Assembly (NCBI RefSeq): GCF_037042905.1
Contig: NC_087251.1
Span: 41,232,001-41,292,000, forward strand
Direction of reading: 5' to 3'
From: Lytechinus pictus
Taxonomy: Eukaryota
DNA: 60,000 nt
A program made the position numbers and the translations under genes. This document shows positions 24,551 to 39,295 of this stretch, piece after piece (within the stretch, counting starts at the first letter, position 1; each line of letters begins with the position of its first letter). The notes beneath the pieces are model-generated. The model had not been told where the DNA came from. It did not search any database and was given only the letters and a program-made list of their open reading frames with translations.

Positions 24551-25659
24551 TTAACATCTTCAAACTTCTTTTCCAATCATGTTAGTTTAGTCAGGTACCA
24601 GAATGGTAGCATATAGGAAGAAGCATTTCTTTATTTATTTGTTCTATGTAGCAATTTATGTAGCATTGTATGTATATATTGTAATAAACATATTTCTAGA
24701 TATCATTATATAGATGTTTCCAATTCCATTATAGATTCTACCAGTATGAATGAAAACATACATTGTGAGCTGCAAATCATTATTTTTTTTTAGAATGAGG
24801 TCTTGTTAGTAGTACTAAGATTTATAGCATTAAGAATTTCTTTGTGTGTTAAGAGAGATGATGGGACCATTTATTATGTAATTGCCTTGCATGTGATCCT
24901 CCATGAACAATGTTTTTATCTCGGTTTGAAGGAGGGGATTCTTTGCTTTCACATGATAGATAACTTACCATGTCCCGATGAATCTAACCCTTTGAAATAA
25001 TACTAAGATAAGTCAAGAGACTTATCCCCCAAAACCTCACCACATCCAATTGAACAGCAAGATCATGCTAGATTCAGTTCATCCACACTGGAGTCCACCC
25101 TCTACCATCAAAACCTCTCATGGATACCACTCAGGAAAATATAAAAGGAACTCAACCAGGTACACTGTCTTGGATAGATGAGGCGTCACTTTCAAACAGG
25201 GGGAGGGGGTGCAGTTATTGTCTACAGCAAAACAAATATAAAAAAATAAAAAAGAATAAATAAATAAAGGTTGAATTTAACATATTCATTAACCATTGTA
25301 ATTGTTCAATCAAACTTTGTCCATAGCACAAACACAAAAAATGTTTAATTAACCCATTAACTCATTAACCATTATAAATGGATTGCTGGATTAAACAAAG
25401 TTGGCACAACCTAATAACTCTAACCTTATAATCTTTCCTTTCGTTTTGCTTAAAGCCTGGCCATGACCTTTTCATTGAGTTTAGTTGCTTTCAAGCACTC
25501 TTTCTTCATCTGGAAGACTAAGATTCCCTTAGATTCTGGCCTGAGAGTGAGCACATCATGGTCTATGAGTTGAAGACCATATCTGCTGGGTATTCCATAA
25601 GGCTGTTGGTTTTTACACACAACTGGAACGTGTTCTCAGTTTCCAATATAGCTACTTAA

Positions 25660-26255
25660 AGGTCAAGTCCACCTCAGAAAAATGATGAATTGAATAAATA
25701 GAGAAAAACCCAACTAGCAAAATGCTAAAATTTCATCAAAATCGGATGTAAAATAAGAAAGTTATGACATTTTAAATTTTCGCTTATTTTTCACAAAACA
25801 GTTATATGCACATCTGAGTGACATGCAAATGAGATAGGCGATGATGTCCATCACTCACGATTTCTTTTGTTTTTTATTGTTTGAATTATACAATATTTCA
25901 TTTTTTACAGATTTGACAATAAGGACCAACTTGACAGAACCATATAGTATTAAAACAATGCCAATTCCACATGTTCAGGGAGGAATTAATCTGTGTTTCA
26001 CTTGACAATGAGGAGAAAATTAGAATATTTCATATAATGAAATACAAAAGAAATAGTGAGTGGATGACGTCATCAGTCTCCTCATTTGCATACCGACCAG
26101 GATGTGCAATTAACTGTTTTATGAAATTAAGCGAAACTTTAAAATGTCATAACTTTCTTATTTTACATCCGATTTTGATGAAATTTTCATTGTTATGCTA
26201 GTTGGATTTTTTTATTTTTTTTCAAATCAGCTTTTTGTTGAGGTGGACTTGTCCT
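25660..26255 (+). mobile_element. TTAA-target MITE family B (Kolobok-like)
   Basis: TTAA|AGGTCAAGTCCACC...GGTGGACTTGTCCT|TTAA; lies inside an older degraded element (~25585-26350) related to 18199-18752. Confidence 0.88.
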
Positions 26256-27642
26256 TTAAAGGATATAATCATGTAAAACAAGAAAAGGTTACCAGTCGTG
26301 CATAAAGTCGTTTGAAGCTTGCAAACAGATGTATGAAGCACCCTCCTGAGCCCTAGATTTTGACAATGTATTAGACTACATGTATCTGAAGAAAAAAAAC
26401 CTAACCTGACTGGTTTTCACTTTCTTACTCTCCCTGCTTTGGCTCTTAACACTAAAACCACAATTGTAAATTATTTATCCTTTTTTTATGGTGGTTGGTC
26501 ATGTATACACCCTTATTTGCTCTCCTCATGTAAAGTGTAATTCTCATTGCTCTATGTCATAGTCCTCGTTTTATGTGAAACAATATTTGTAGTGAGGTTT
26601 GCCAGGAGTGTTTCAAGCCCAGAAAACTTGGAGCTTTTAAGTAAAGTAATTTATTTGTGATAATGATGGTATGAATGTGTGTCAACATGCCTGAAATTCA
26701 CTTCTCACTGTGTGAAAACACATTGACTGTGGACAGATATAGAAATTTTAGATCTTTCATGTGCACAGATTTTTTGTTTGTAAACAAGAGACTGGGTGTT
26801 TATGTTTACCTGTAAACAGAAGAGCATGTATTTACTGATGAAAAATGTAAGAGATTGAAAATACTTTTTGGTATATACATGGCCTTCTGTAGCTAATTAT
26901 TTAAGATACAGTTTGTGTACTTTGATCCCATATCAAAAGAGCAGTACTTGTTTTTATATAAGCAACGATTGGTGTTATATGTATTTATTTTGTATTCAGG
27001 TAGATTTACTGTATTAGCCTTGGTAATATATGATTTATTGATTGGAGTATATACATAGTGCTTTCATTGTCAGTCTGCATATACTTGTGTTATTATTATT
27101 TTATTAGATTTTGCTACATGGTCTCCGTACCATGATGACATCACTCAAAGAGGGGCCATTTTTTTTTTCTATTTTTAATAGCAATCTAAAAATCCAGAAT
27201 ATGAACATAATATGATTTCATATTTTCATATTTGTATTTAAAATGAAAGCATTCTACACCCAGTAATGTGTGGTGAAGTTCCATTTGCTAAAAAAAAAAA
27301 CAAGTTCAAATACCTCTACTCTTTTCAACTGGCAATTTCAGATGCACATTTTAATGATTAATTCAAATTTCATTTAGGTCACATGATCTCCCACCTCTTG
27401 CCCGTGAAGAAAAACATTGGCCCAAATTCACAAAGTTGGTTTTGATTCCCTGGTCTGAAAGTATGATTTACATGTATTCAGATTATGGTACCCTGTGACT
27501 GACGCACATACATGTATTCATTATCAATTTTTTTTTCTTCAATATACATGTACACCTTAAATTAATCATAATCAATGCATTCCATGAAATGTGCATTAAC
27601 TGTGGTTTCAGACCACGGAGTCAAAGCCTCTATAGTAATTAA

Positions 27643-28236
27643 AGGGGAATCCAACCCAAACAAAAACTTGTTTTTATAAGGAAAAGAAAAATCAGACAAG
27701 TTGATAGGTGAAAGTTTGAACAATATTGGACAAACTACAAGACAGTTATGAATTTTTAAAAGTTGTAAATATTGGTAATCACTATACCCATGGAGACTTC
27801 AAATTGACCGCATATGGGATGTCATAGTGATGTAAGGCAAGGACTACTCTTCCATGTACTCCAATACATATTATGGCTAAAATGTCATTTTCCCCAAAAA
27901 GTTTTATTTCAAATTATATTTTTCTTTCATGAGGACATAAAACAATATACTACCTGGGTTATATTTAGATTACTGCCCCGGGGGAATGGGTACTCAGGAT
28001 AAAACCACAAATCCCTGATAATAAAGTACATGGCCTATGGGAAAGTTGTCCTTGCCCTTGTCATAATTTACTGACCCAGTTGCCAATTTGAAATCTACAT
28101 AGTATTAGTGATCTCAATTTTAAAGCAGCTATAACTTTATTATTGCTTGTCCGATTTCTTTCAAACTTTCACCATTCTGTTTAATTTATTTTTCTCCTTC
28201 CCAACACAACATTAATGGCCAAGGCTGGATTCCCCT
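27643..28236 (+). mobile_element. TTAA-target MITE family A (Kolobok-like), copy 2
   Basis: TTAA|AGGGGAATCCAA...TGGATTCCCCT|TTAA. Confidence 0.88.
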
Positions 28237-28519
28237 TTAAGGTCTCTGTGAAGGGTATTATTCAAAAGTACTATATTCATATTTATTCCTGCTAGATAGC
28301 TTTGAAGTCCAACTGCAAACTTTATGAATTTAATACATGGAAACATCAACGTCCTTGGTTGAGTTTACCCTAGCATGCTATACAGAGGTATTATTTTTTT
28401 CAGTTCATTTTTATGAAATTTTTTGATGTATTAAAATTGCATTTCGGCCTGTTGATGTGTGATTTTATATAATTTCTACACAAATGCACAATATAAATAT
28501 TGAGGAGTATGTAATTCTG

Positions 28520-28788
28520 GGCCTTGTCTTACAAAGAGTTACGATTGATCCGATCAACCTCAAGTATATGGAAATCCATCAATGTCATAATTTTTCTTTA
28601 GGAAATTTGTACAATGTCCTTTGTAAACAAAGAGAAGCATACTGAATTTCCAAGAAAAATATGAAAGTATGAATATACATCATATTTAGAAAATATTTTG
28701 AACAAACATGTATATTAGATGTTGATGTTGCTGGCTTTCCATAGTTGTGATTGATTGGATCAGTCGTAACTCTTGGTAAGATGGGGCC
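28520..28788. mobile_element. Harbinger-like MITE
   Basis: TIR GGCC..TCTTAC.AAGAGTTACGA.TGATCC; CTG TSD on both sides. Confidence 0.8.
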
Positions 28789-29200
28789 CTGATATTCTAG
28801 TTTTTTACTGGTTTTGGATTCCAAGTGGTGCAAGGATCTGAAAGATTATTTTGATTTTTAAACATTGATCAAGTTTTTGTTATGATGTTTCTTAACCCAC
28901 TGGCTGTATAGTATGATGAATCTGTTAATGAGAATAAATTTTCCACAATAGTATATATTGGTACATGTATGGAGTGTGTGTATTTTTACCTTTATAATCA
29001 GTCTATGATTTCTGTATATTATCTTGCAAATTATTTCCATCCAAATCAACCAAACTCTACCAAATGAAATTATGTTTGCGTGATGTGCATACTTCAATTC
29101 ATCCTTTGTTTTCTTTTGTGGAAGTTTCTTATTTTGCACATGATATATATTTATTCATTTATGATTCATAAATCATTGTTTCCATTTTTGTTAGTCTTAA

Positions 29201-29579
29201 AGGTATTGTTTAACTTTGTGAGCAGCCGATTTAAAAAATTCTCAAACCAAGATGAAACATGTGTACAAGTGCATGTATTAGAACTAATAAACCCTGAAAA
29301 CAACCATTATTGAGAATGAAAAGCTAAAACTACAAGGCAAACCCCGATTTTGTAAATAGGCGTCTTATAGACGCCTAAATAGTACACATAAGTGTATGGG
29401 ATGAAATTAAGATGGTGTTTTCGGTCACTTTATATTTCAATTTTTGAAGCACTAAATAATTATTTTCGAACGCAATTTTTTCTGGGCTTCATTTTTGTAA
29501 CATATCACAGACACAGGTGACAAGTGTGACCTTCTAGCTCAGATTTTTTTAAAAGTCTAACAAATGTTAACCAATCACT
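29201..29579. mobile_element. TTAA-target MITE family C
   Basis: TTAA flanks with imperfect TIR AGGTATTGTTTAAC / AGTGATTGGTTAAC. Confidence 0.6.
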
Positions 29580-32142
29580 TTAAAAGAATGATTCATTGTT
29601 TAGTTAATATTTTGTTGTTTTGATCATCTCATTGACATTATAGTAGCAATATTATTTGTTTTTAAATACTAGTAAAGGATTTATGGTGTCATATGTGGCT
29701 ACAAAAAATAAGATGAAAATTGATAGAGGAAATGTGATAATTTAGGAAAACAATAGTTTACAATATTTTCAATTTTTTTAGATAGAATCTTAGAATTAAG
29801 AATGTTCGTAAAGCATTGTTTAATGGTGTGAATGTAATACGGTAAATTTATAACATTTGAGATAGAGTTATATCACTTGCTCTAATGTAATATAATTCAA
29901 AAGTGTGAGTAGTGTTTCACATGTGTTGCATACAATGAAAGCCTTAACTTGCACTTGGTTTTTTTTTTTGTAAAGAAGATAAACAGTGAGATTCTCATAT
30001 TTTTACATATTAAACCCTAACAACCATTCAAGTACTGATTTTTTATTATTATTATCCATTCTTTTTTTAAACATTTTTCCTATCGTATGTAAGACCAGTG
30101 CCCATTATTGCGCGTCTTTTACACACAAGTCTGATTTGATCGTCCATATTATAATGGGTGCTTTCTTCATTACTTTTCTGTACATTTCACTTATATCTTG
30201 ATGCAAGATATTTTCTGTCTGTTGTATATTTATCAATAAAGGTATTGATGCAAGAGTTCTATTGATACTGTCTCAAGTGACTGTTTATTTGCCATCAACC
30301 TGATGTCATATGACTAAGAAATTGATCATTAATCAAATAATACACGTTGCTGAAGGTATTGGTAAGAAATACATGCACAGGGGACCTTTGGAACAGTTCC
30401 AAACACTATTTCAAAGGTTACAACAACTTGTCAACAAGTGTGTGTAATTGCAATGCCTGAGCAAAATGATGCGTATCGTATGCTAATGAGTTCACATATC
30501 CAATGAGCGATTGAATAAAAAATGAAATATATTGTATTGTAACTGAGAAAAAGGAAATGTGAGTGAGTGTGTGACGTCATTGATGACCTCATTTTCATCC
30601 AGTCCATCACAATGTATATCACTGCTCTGTGAAAGACGCATACTGGCTAACAATGACCAAACTTTCTTACTGTTTGTTTACCATCCAATCTCGATGAAAT
30701 GTTTAGTGTATATTATTTTTGTTTAATTTTATCTTTTCGATGAAATCAAATGTTTGTTGAGGCGGACATGCCCCATGTTTTTTTGTTTTTTCAAGAACAC
30801 AATGTCATTTTAATAGTAAACAAGATGAATATGACTTCAAGTGGAGGGGACTGGAATGCACAGTCTCTGGTCCATAACAAGGATTCCAAGGGTGTTTTTC
30901 AATTTTCTTTACTTATTTATTATTTGCTTATTATTTATCTTCATTTGGGGTGGGGGCACATCAGTAGAATATTATTGAAGCACTCTACCGCCCCCATCAG
31001 TATCCAGGGGGTGGGGTCACTAAGAATGTTACTTCTCGACCATTTCGGGGGCAGAATCCTCGACCGTTTCAATTTTTGTTCATCTTGTAATTTACAAAAT
31101 TATCGTGTCAATGCCATCCTACGAGCGTGTGAAGCGAACGGGGGGGGGGGGCATAAGCACTTCTCTATCGTATGTGTTCTAATTATTATTTCATCAAAGT
31201 AGATGGTTTACTTGATCATCTCATCGCTGAATCTTATTGCTTACCAAAATTATTTTGCATCTACCATAACAATTTATTACCTACATTTTACCAGTTTATA
31301 CTGTATAAAATACGGCGCGCGGAGATGGCCATGACGAATAAGCACCACTTAATATTAAAAGTATGCTGTATGCATTATCATAACAATATGTTAATTATGC
31401 ATATTGGAACATATTATTACTAATCTACTAATTTCCTTGCTTTCCAAAATCATTCCGTACTCATACACCATCCGGTTTATGCCACTACATGGGCTACATG
31501 AAGGCCTGGATCAGAAAACCGGGATTCCCAATTATGTTTAAATAGCCAAACGACATGGTTCTTTCATTCAAATAATAAAAAAATAAGCTTTTCTCCTTTA
31601 TTTCGATACTATCCACGCATAGATGATCATCTGAACACTTTTATGTTGTTTTATTCTGAGATGTAATAAATAGTGAGCATAATAATTATGAAATAGAGAG
31701 AGGAAAGAGTGAGATATAGAAAAAAAAAAAAAAAAAGAGGGCGGGGTTGCGTGGATCATCACGGGATCTTCAATGAGAAAAAGGAAGGGGGTGGCCGGGT
31801 CCTTCATTCAACACAAGTCATGTTTAGGTGAATGCATAATCATAGAGACATGTGAATTCGTGTCCGACGACCTTCTATCCCACTTTGAAAGACTTCCTTT
31901 CTTTGAATATTAAAACATATTTGATAAGATGGCACCAAAATATTCATATGCACGTGTCTTGGTGCGATGTCTCCTCACGAACAAGACCATACGGCCTTTT
32001 ACATCATGACCTATATAGCAGAACGTATATTAGATGTCTTCCCATGCACGTTTGAATACACTACTCCACCTTGCCAGGCTAGGATCCGTATATAGGGGTC
32101 GAAGGGGCCTTGTCACCCCACCCCCCCCCCGCCCCCCCCCCC

Positions 32143-32660
32143 CAAAAAAAAAAGAGAGAGAGAGAAGGGGAGAAAAGAAGGGAAAGGGGGTAAAGGGAAA
32201 GAAGAAGAAGGGAGGAGGGGAAAGAAAGGAAAAGGCGAGAGAAAAGAAAGGTGAGAAAGAAAAAAAGGGAAAAGGAGATCGAGAGAACCAAAGGGAAGGG
32301 AAATAGAGGGGGGGGGGGGGTGAGTGTGAGAGAGAGAGAGAAAAGAAGAATAAAAATAAGGTTGTGGAAAGAGCGAGAGAAAGCAATATAATGATGTTAA
32401 TTACGAAAGAGGGATAAGGGGAAAAGAAAAGAAGTGGGGAAAGAATCACTTGATAAGAGAGAGGGGGAGAAAGGGAAAGAAAATAGAAAAAAGATCGAGA
32501 GAAGAAAAACTGTAAAGGAAAGTGAGAGATGAAAAGATTAGAAATGAAAGATAGAAAAAGGAGAAGAGAGTGAAGGGAAAATGGGAGAGGGAAGAGAGCA
32601 AGATATAGAAGTGGAAGTGAAAACAAAGGTAATGGGGAAAACAATGAAGAGGGGGAAATA
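32143..32660. repeat. Purine-rich (GA/A) low-complexity tract
   Basis: Strongly purine-biased strand; gives rise to spurious F/L/S- and K/E/G-rich ORFs. Confidence 0.85.
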
Positions 32661-34209
32661 TCAGTTGTTAATTTTTCAACAAAATTGTGAATCTCGGAGC
32701 CTAAAAGCGCTTGCCTCCTCTTTTAACAAACAAAATTTCATTAGAAAGGAAAACTTACTCGAAAGATTACAGGCGGATACAGGGCTGAAGTGATCTCGGC
32801 TTCTATTGGTAAATCAAAAAAAAAAGGGGGGGCAAGCATAAGATGAAAATAAAAAGAAAAGGAAAGAATTTTTTTTTTTTTAAAGAAAAAAAACAAGGGA
32901 GAAAAATGATGAAAATGAGAGGAGGAGAATTGGCAAATTTGCTTAGAAACAAAAATGTTTTTAAAATTTCAGCTTGCGCTTCATGTTCGCATTATTGTTC
33001 ATTTAAATACACTGTACTATCTTGATCTTAATTTAATAATTTAAAAACGTGCTAAAAAATGTCCAGTTTTTGGATTGAAATATTAAAGGTTTTCAGCTCT
33101 CGCTTATATTTAGGAAAGCATTATTTTTTTCATGAGTAGGAAAGTTCATAAAATGTCCCGGTTTTAGGTTTAAACTGTAACAAAATTTCAGCTCGCGATT
33201 CGTTTTTGCATTAAGCGTTTTTTTTTATAAATATGATACGGATCCTCATAATTTACTTTCAAAGCAAATGCATCAATCAAAATAATGATAGCACGATTTT
33301 CTAGCATGCGATGCCTAATTTCCACTCTATATAATTTATTTAATGACTTTTATTTTTGTCTTTTTTAAAGTTGTTTTTTATTTGATGTACGTAGTTTGTT
33401 AGTACGTATTTTGTGCCAGATGTACACTAACATTTCTGGACCTTGCGAGAATATTTGGTGCTTTTTTTTTGTAAATTGCCACCTTTTTGTAAATTCATTT
33501 ATTATTTATTTATTTCCTTTTATTTATTATCATTTTTCTTCATATATCAATTTAACAATTGTTACTGCATGAATTAGTGTAAAATCTGTTTATGAAACTC
33601 GAAACATTCAAATTATTGTTCTGATTGTAAATGTAAACTTATGGTTTTCTTCAATACACATTTCAAATGACATGAGGAAATAGAAATCACATTGTTATTT
33701 ACTTATTTTCATTGTCACTGTCATCCCAAACAGTTATTAAAACATTCCCTTTTCGGGTCCATAAAAAAAAATCTCATCTCATCGCATCTGTTTCTTTATT
33801 ATAATTTTATAAAGCTTGTTTACAATGTCCAGTTTGTCCAGTCCAGGTATGATGTTGTTCCTGATTTCAAGCAGTGCTTATATAGAGTGATCCATTTTTC
33901 ATGTGTTAATGCATGAATATCGAAAATGATCAGCTCGCGCTTTGTGTCCACATTAGGCCTTATATAGGATACCGTACCTTGCTTGTAAAAATCAAGTTAA
34001 GATGTACTTTGACTTCCATTATTAGGAATACACCTTCCCTTAAAAAAAGGAAGGAATAAAAAAAACCATCTTCGGGGAATAAAAAACTTGTTTTTTCCAG
34101 CCCCCCTCCCTTATTAGCATAAGCTACATCCGCAACATTGTTGCAGGCAGGCCTATAATTATAAGCCACCAAAATCTGCTATCCCTATTTGAAATTTGGG
34201 ACCCCCAAC

Positions 34210-36232
34210 CCAGGGGCGGTTCCAGCTTTCGCCAATAGGGGGAGCCAACATATTTTTTCACCCATATTTCCCCCGATCAACCGCTCAATATTGATTTTTG
34301 TTTGTTTCTTTGAAGGGGGAGTCCTTACAGTTATAAAACAACATAGATATATAATACTCTTATAAGCCCTCTTCAAATAGTGCGAGCGTGAAGCGCGAGC
34401 TAAATTTTTTGGAAATTTCATGTATTTTGTCCTGAAAATTGAACATTCTGGGCAATGTTTGTGATCCTGAACAAGATGCGAGCGCGAAGCGAGAGCAGAA
34501 AGTTTTAATATACATTCTAGCCTGATCGAAAAAGGACCTGTTAATATGGTTAAGGACTTTTGCAGTTAGCCATGAAGACAATATATATTCCAACAATAAA
34601 TTAATGCGAGCGCGAAGCGCGAGCTGAAATCTTTTTTGACGTTCTGACCTTAAAAAATGGAATTCAAACACTTTTTTGTAATCATGAACATGATAGGTAT
34701 ATAACTAAACGATTGATGCGAGCGCAAAAAACGATTTTGACAAAAAGAGACACTCTATTCATGCTTTGTAAATCATGAAAACTGGGCAATAATTTGGGTA
34801 TCTTCCTACATACACAATGCGAGCGCAAATCGCGAGCAAAAAACAAGCTGCGTATCTCAATAAACATGCGTGAGCGTGTTATAGATTTAGACCTAAAATC
34901 TGGGTATTGTAAATACTTTTTTTATCAAGAAAATAAATAGTGCGAGCGCGAAGCGCGAGCTGAAAATATTTGATATTCCGATCTAAAAATTGTCAATCTA
35001 AGCACTATTTCAATTTTCAATTTAATCTTATTTTCAAATAATCATTTCCACATTTTTCGTCAACATAAATTCATACAAAATCAGTTTGTTATGAAGAATA
35101 TGATTATGTACATTGTAGGTTTTAAGAAGAAGGCGTATACCCTAAAAGCAAAGGCTTGTGCGGGATACGCCTATAAATATAGGCAAGCACTGTGTAGGAA
35201 AATTGTGAAGTGGATATGGATTGCACTTAATAAATGATGCGAGCGCGAAGCGCGAGCTGATATCTTTTTAATTATTATTTTGACCTTGGACCGGGACATT
35301 CTAAGAACATTCGTCATCATATGAAAATGATGACTATCCTCTCATTCATTTTACTAAGCGCGAGATGAAACTTACCGATATTCCATTATGAAAGAAGGGA
35401 CACTTTAAAGGAATTCATAAAAATGTTATAAAAATGTTAAATCTTATTTATTAATCAAATAAGCCTAATGAGAGCGCGAAATTTGTTGATATCAAGGCCT
35501 GACTGAAACTCATTTTAAGCACTTTTGTAATTATGAATAGGATGCATGGGTAAATACATTTTAACAATTGATCATGCGAACGCAAATCACGAGCCAAATT
35601 TTTTTCATTGATAAACTGTCATGAAAGGGGGATATTTAGAAGTTTGTTTTAATTACTGGTATACAAAACTCAATCAAAATGCTAGCGCACAGCGCTAGCT
35701 GGTACGTTTTCCTGTAAAGGGATATTTTTAGAACTTTATGGAATACACGAAGAGGAGAGGTACTTGACAAATCAAATAATGCGACTATGCGAGCGCACAG
35801 CGCGAGTCGAAAATTTTGATATTCAGACCGTAAAACGGATATTTTTACAAAACACTTTTTTTCAAATTAGTTTGTAAATCAAACAAAATAAGCTCGATAT
35901 CCGAGATGAAATATGTTTTGTATATTGACTTCAAACTTGAAATTTTAAGTTCTATATCAGCCTATATTGAGCAAGATATGTATCATCGATCAGGCAATGC
36001 GAGCGAGAGCGAAAATTTTGAATAGTGACATGAAAGATTTTTTTTTCAAAATCTTCCCATCATCTTATTTTATTCACTCGTCTTCCTCCCCTTACTGCCT
36101 TTTCCTTTTCTCCTCTATTTAGGCCTTCTTCCTTTTTTTCCTTTCCCCCCTTTTTTTTGCTCCGCCAATGGGGGGGGGGGGGTGGTTCCGCCTATACCCA
36201 CCTCCCCTACGAAATCCTGGATGCACGCCTGC
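34210..36232 (+). mobile_element. Non-autonomous DNA-transposon-like element with arrayed GCGAGCGCGAAGCGCGAGC motifs
   Basis: Starts CAGGGGCGGTTCCAG; the motif recurs at least 9 times; reverse homologs at ~37700-38750, 55671-56990 and ~57200-57680. Confidence 0.7.
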
Positions 36233-37698
36233 TCCCCGGTCGTATTTATTATCTTTTTCATTGACATCATCTTTTTTTCTTTTTTGTTTGTTTCTCACAA
36301 TTTATTCGCAGATAATCAGATCGTGGTATATAAACAGGCCCTATACAGGATCAGTGAGCTTGGCCCGTTTCTTTTCGTTCGCCTATACCCCAGCCCCATA
36401 AAAACGGGTTTGCGGCCCCTCTCCATTAAATCACTTCAAACAAGTGTTTGCCTTCCCCGTTTCAATATCTGATCTTCAGCTCACCGTTATCCGGTTATCC
36501 ATTCACCTGCATACAGAGTAGCAAGGCGGATCTATCTATGGGGAGGGCGCCGGGAGGGCGATCGAATTTATGGAGTTCCGCAAGCTTTGCTATATACTTG
36601 CCAATAAAATTAACCCCTTCGGTTTCCTGTTTCCCTCCTACTTTTCATTTGTTCTTCTTTCTCCTCTTCTTCTTTTTCTCTCCTTTCGCATTTTCTCTTT
36701 CTTCGCCGTAAATAGGAGGGGGAGGGGTGTGCATGCTTCCCCCTAGAGTACTTTGTTATTGAAAATGGTGAATAGGAAGGTATAACGAAAAATGTGTGGA
36801 GAGACTCGAGAGTGATAAACACTTGATGATAAAATCCTGGTAGGCAAATATAAACCCAGACACAGTCGGATTGAGATACCTGGGATTTTTTTATTTTACT
36901 CTCTTCAAACGAAATAAGGAAAGTAGGTCGTATGGGTTATTTTGTTTTCATTTTCATCAACACACCCGAACTTCGACTGATTTATAACGCTGTTTTCATG
37001 CATCAACCAAAGGTCGAGTACTGCATGTCAATATCTCGTGCTTTTAAATCATCTATATGCTTTTAATAACTAAGCGATAGAAATATTTGTATTACTATCC
37101 ACACGTGTGTTTGTCATTTTGTATTGCTTTTATTAATCATTAATACACTTACATACTTTTTCAACAAAATAAATTGTATGTCTGTTATTGTTTGAATATA
37201 TTGTGGGGTCAGGCAGAGTGCACTGTGTGAGAGAGAGAGAAAAAAAAAGAGAGGGGGGGGGGGGGAACAAGAAAAAACCTAAACCTTTCTATGCAATTGG
37301 TATCATGACAAGGACGGGTATCATCCTAAATTTAAAAACTGGACAAGCAAGAATGTAAATAAAGGAAATGCTATAAACAATCAATGCAATGCGAATGCGA
37401 AGCACGTTTATTATTTTTTTTAAATATACTCTGCAGAAATGGACAATTTTAAGCACTATCTATAACATGTTTTAATATGTTGGAAAAGTGTTAAGAGAAA
37501 TGCGAACGCATGCTCAAAATATGATTGTCCGATCTAAAAACTGAACATTTTATGGATGCTTTTAAATTAAAGAAATTGTTGTGAATCTCAATAAAAAAAA
37601 TTAAATGGGAATTCAACCTTGGTCATAAAATGTTGCGTGCCAGGAGAAAATGTAAGTAAAACAAAATGATGATAAAGAAATCGGACAAGCAATAACAT

Positions 37699-38750
37699 AG
37701 GCGGATCCAGGGGAGAGTCTGAGGCCCCCCCCCCCCCTATTGGCGGAGCAGAAAAATGAATAAAGGGGGGAAGAAAGAAAAAAAGAAAAAAGGGAAAGAA
37801 AGGAGGAAAAAAAGAAGAGGAACAATGAAAGGAGGAAGACGAGTGTATAAAATAATTTCAGAGGAAGACTTGGAAATTTTTTTTTTAATGTTTCATGTTA
37901 TTATATTAAAATTTTGCTCGCACTTAGCGCTCGCATTGCCTGATTTGATTGCATGTATCTTGCTCAATATAGGCTGATATGTATAGCTTTAGATATCAAG
38001 TTTTTAAGTCAATATACAAAACATATTTCAGCTCGGATATCGAGCTTTCATTATTTTGTTTGATTTGCCAATTGATTTTTTTAAAGTGCTCTGTAAAATG
38101 TCCGTTTCAAGATGTGGATATCAACATTTTGCAGCTTGCGCTGTGCGCTCGCATTATTTGATTTGCCAAGTATAGGCCTAACTATTGTCTTTGTGCATGT
38201 TGTGTATTCCATAAGATTCTTAAGATATCCCTTTTTAGGTGTCTGATTGAAAGAAAAAAATAGGCCCTATGAGCTAGCGCTGTGCGCTCGCATTTTGATT
38301 GGTGAGTTATGTATAAACTGCATAAAATCCCGCATTTATGACAGGTCATACAAAATTTTGGCTCGCGATTTGCGCTCGCATTATTTTTTAAAAATATATC
38401 AACTCATGAATCCCATTCATGATTACAAAAGTGCTTAAAATATCATTTTTTTAGGCCTCAATGTCAGCAAATTTCACGCACTCATTAGGCTTATTAGATC
38501 ATGGACCTATTCGTAATAGGTCCATGATTAGATTAATAAATATAATAATATTTTTATGAATTCTTAATAACTGAATTGTCCCTTTTTCAGAAAGAAATAT
38601 TGACAAGCTTCATATCGCGCTTAGAAAGATGAAAAGGAAGATAGTCATCATTTTCATACGATGACAAAATGTCCTTAGGCCTAGAATGTCCCGATCCTAG
38701 GTCAAAATGTTAAAAAATAATCAGCTCGCGCTTCGCGCTCGCATCATTTG
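37699..38750 (-). mobile_element. Partial reverse copy of the GCGAGCGCGAAGCGCGAGC-array element
   Basis: AGGCGGATCCAGG start; CTATTGGCGGAGCA, TCGGATATCGAGCT and GCTCGCGCTTCGCGCTCGC are shared with 34210-36232 (reverse); interrupted by MITE B. Confidence 0.7.
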
Positions 38751-38754
38751 TTAA

Positions 38755-39295
38755 AGGACAAGTCCACCCCAACAAAAGGTTAATTTAAATAAAAAAAGAA
38801 AAATCCAACAAGCATAACACTGAAAAATTCATCAAAATCGGATGTATAATAAGAAAGTTATGACATTTCAAAGTTTCCCTTAATTCCACAAAACAGTTAT
38901 TATGCACATCCTGGTCGGTATGCAAATGAGGAGACTGATGACACCATCCACTCACTATTTATTTTGTATTTTATTATATGATGCTAATTTTCTCTTAATT
39001 GTCAAGTGAACACGTAGAATTAGCATAATTAATACTATATGGTTCAGTCAAGTTAGTCATTCTTGTCAAATCTGTTAAAAAAATATTGTATTGTTCAAAC
39101 AATAAAAAAATGAAAGAGTGAGTGAGGGACATTATCGACTGTTTCATTTGCATGTCACTGAGTTGCATGTGCATGACTGTTCCGTGAAAAATATGCGAAA
39201 CTTTAAAATGTCATAACTTTTATTTTACATCCGATTCATTTTCAGCGTTATACTAGTTTGATTTTTTCTATTTTTTCCTGGGGTAGACTTGACCT
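38755..39295 (-). mobile_element. TTAA-target MITE family B
   Basis: TTAA|AGGACAAGTCCACC...GACTTGACCT|TTAA. Confidence 0.88.

Noticed and set aside
32030..32644. 204-aa F/L/S-rich ORF and overlapping K/E/G-rich ORF
   Set aside because: Translation of a low-complexity purine/pyrimidine tract.
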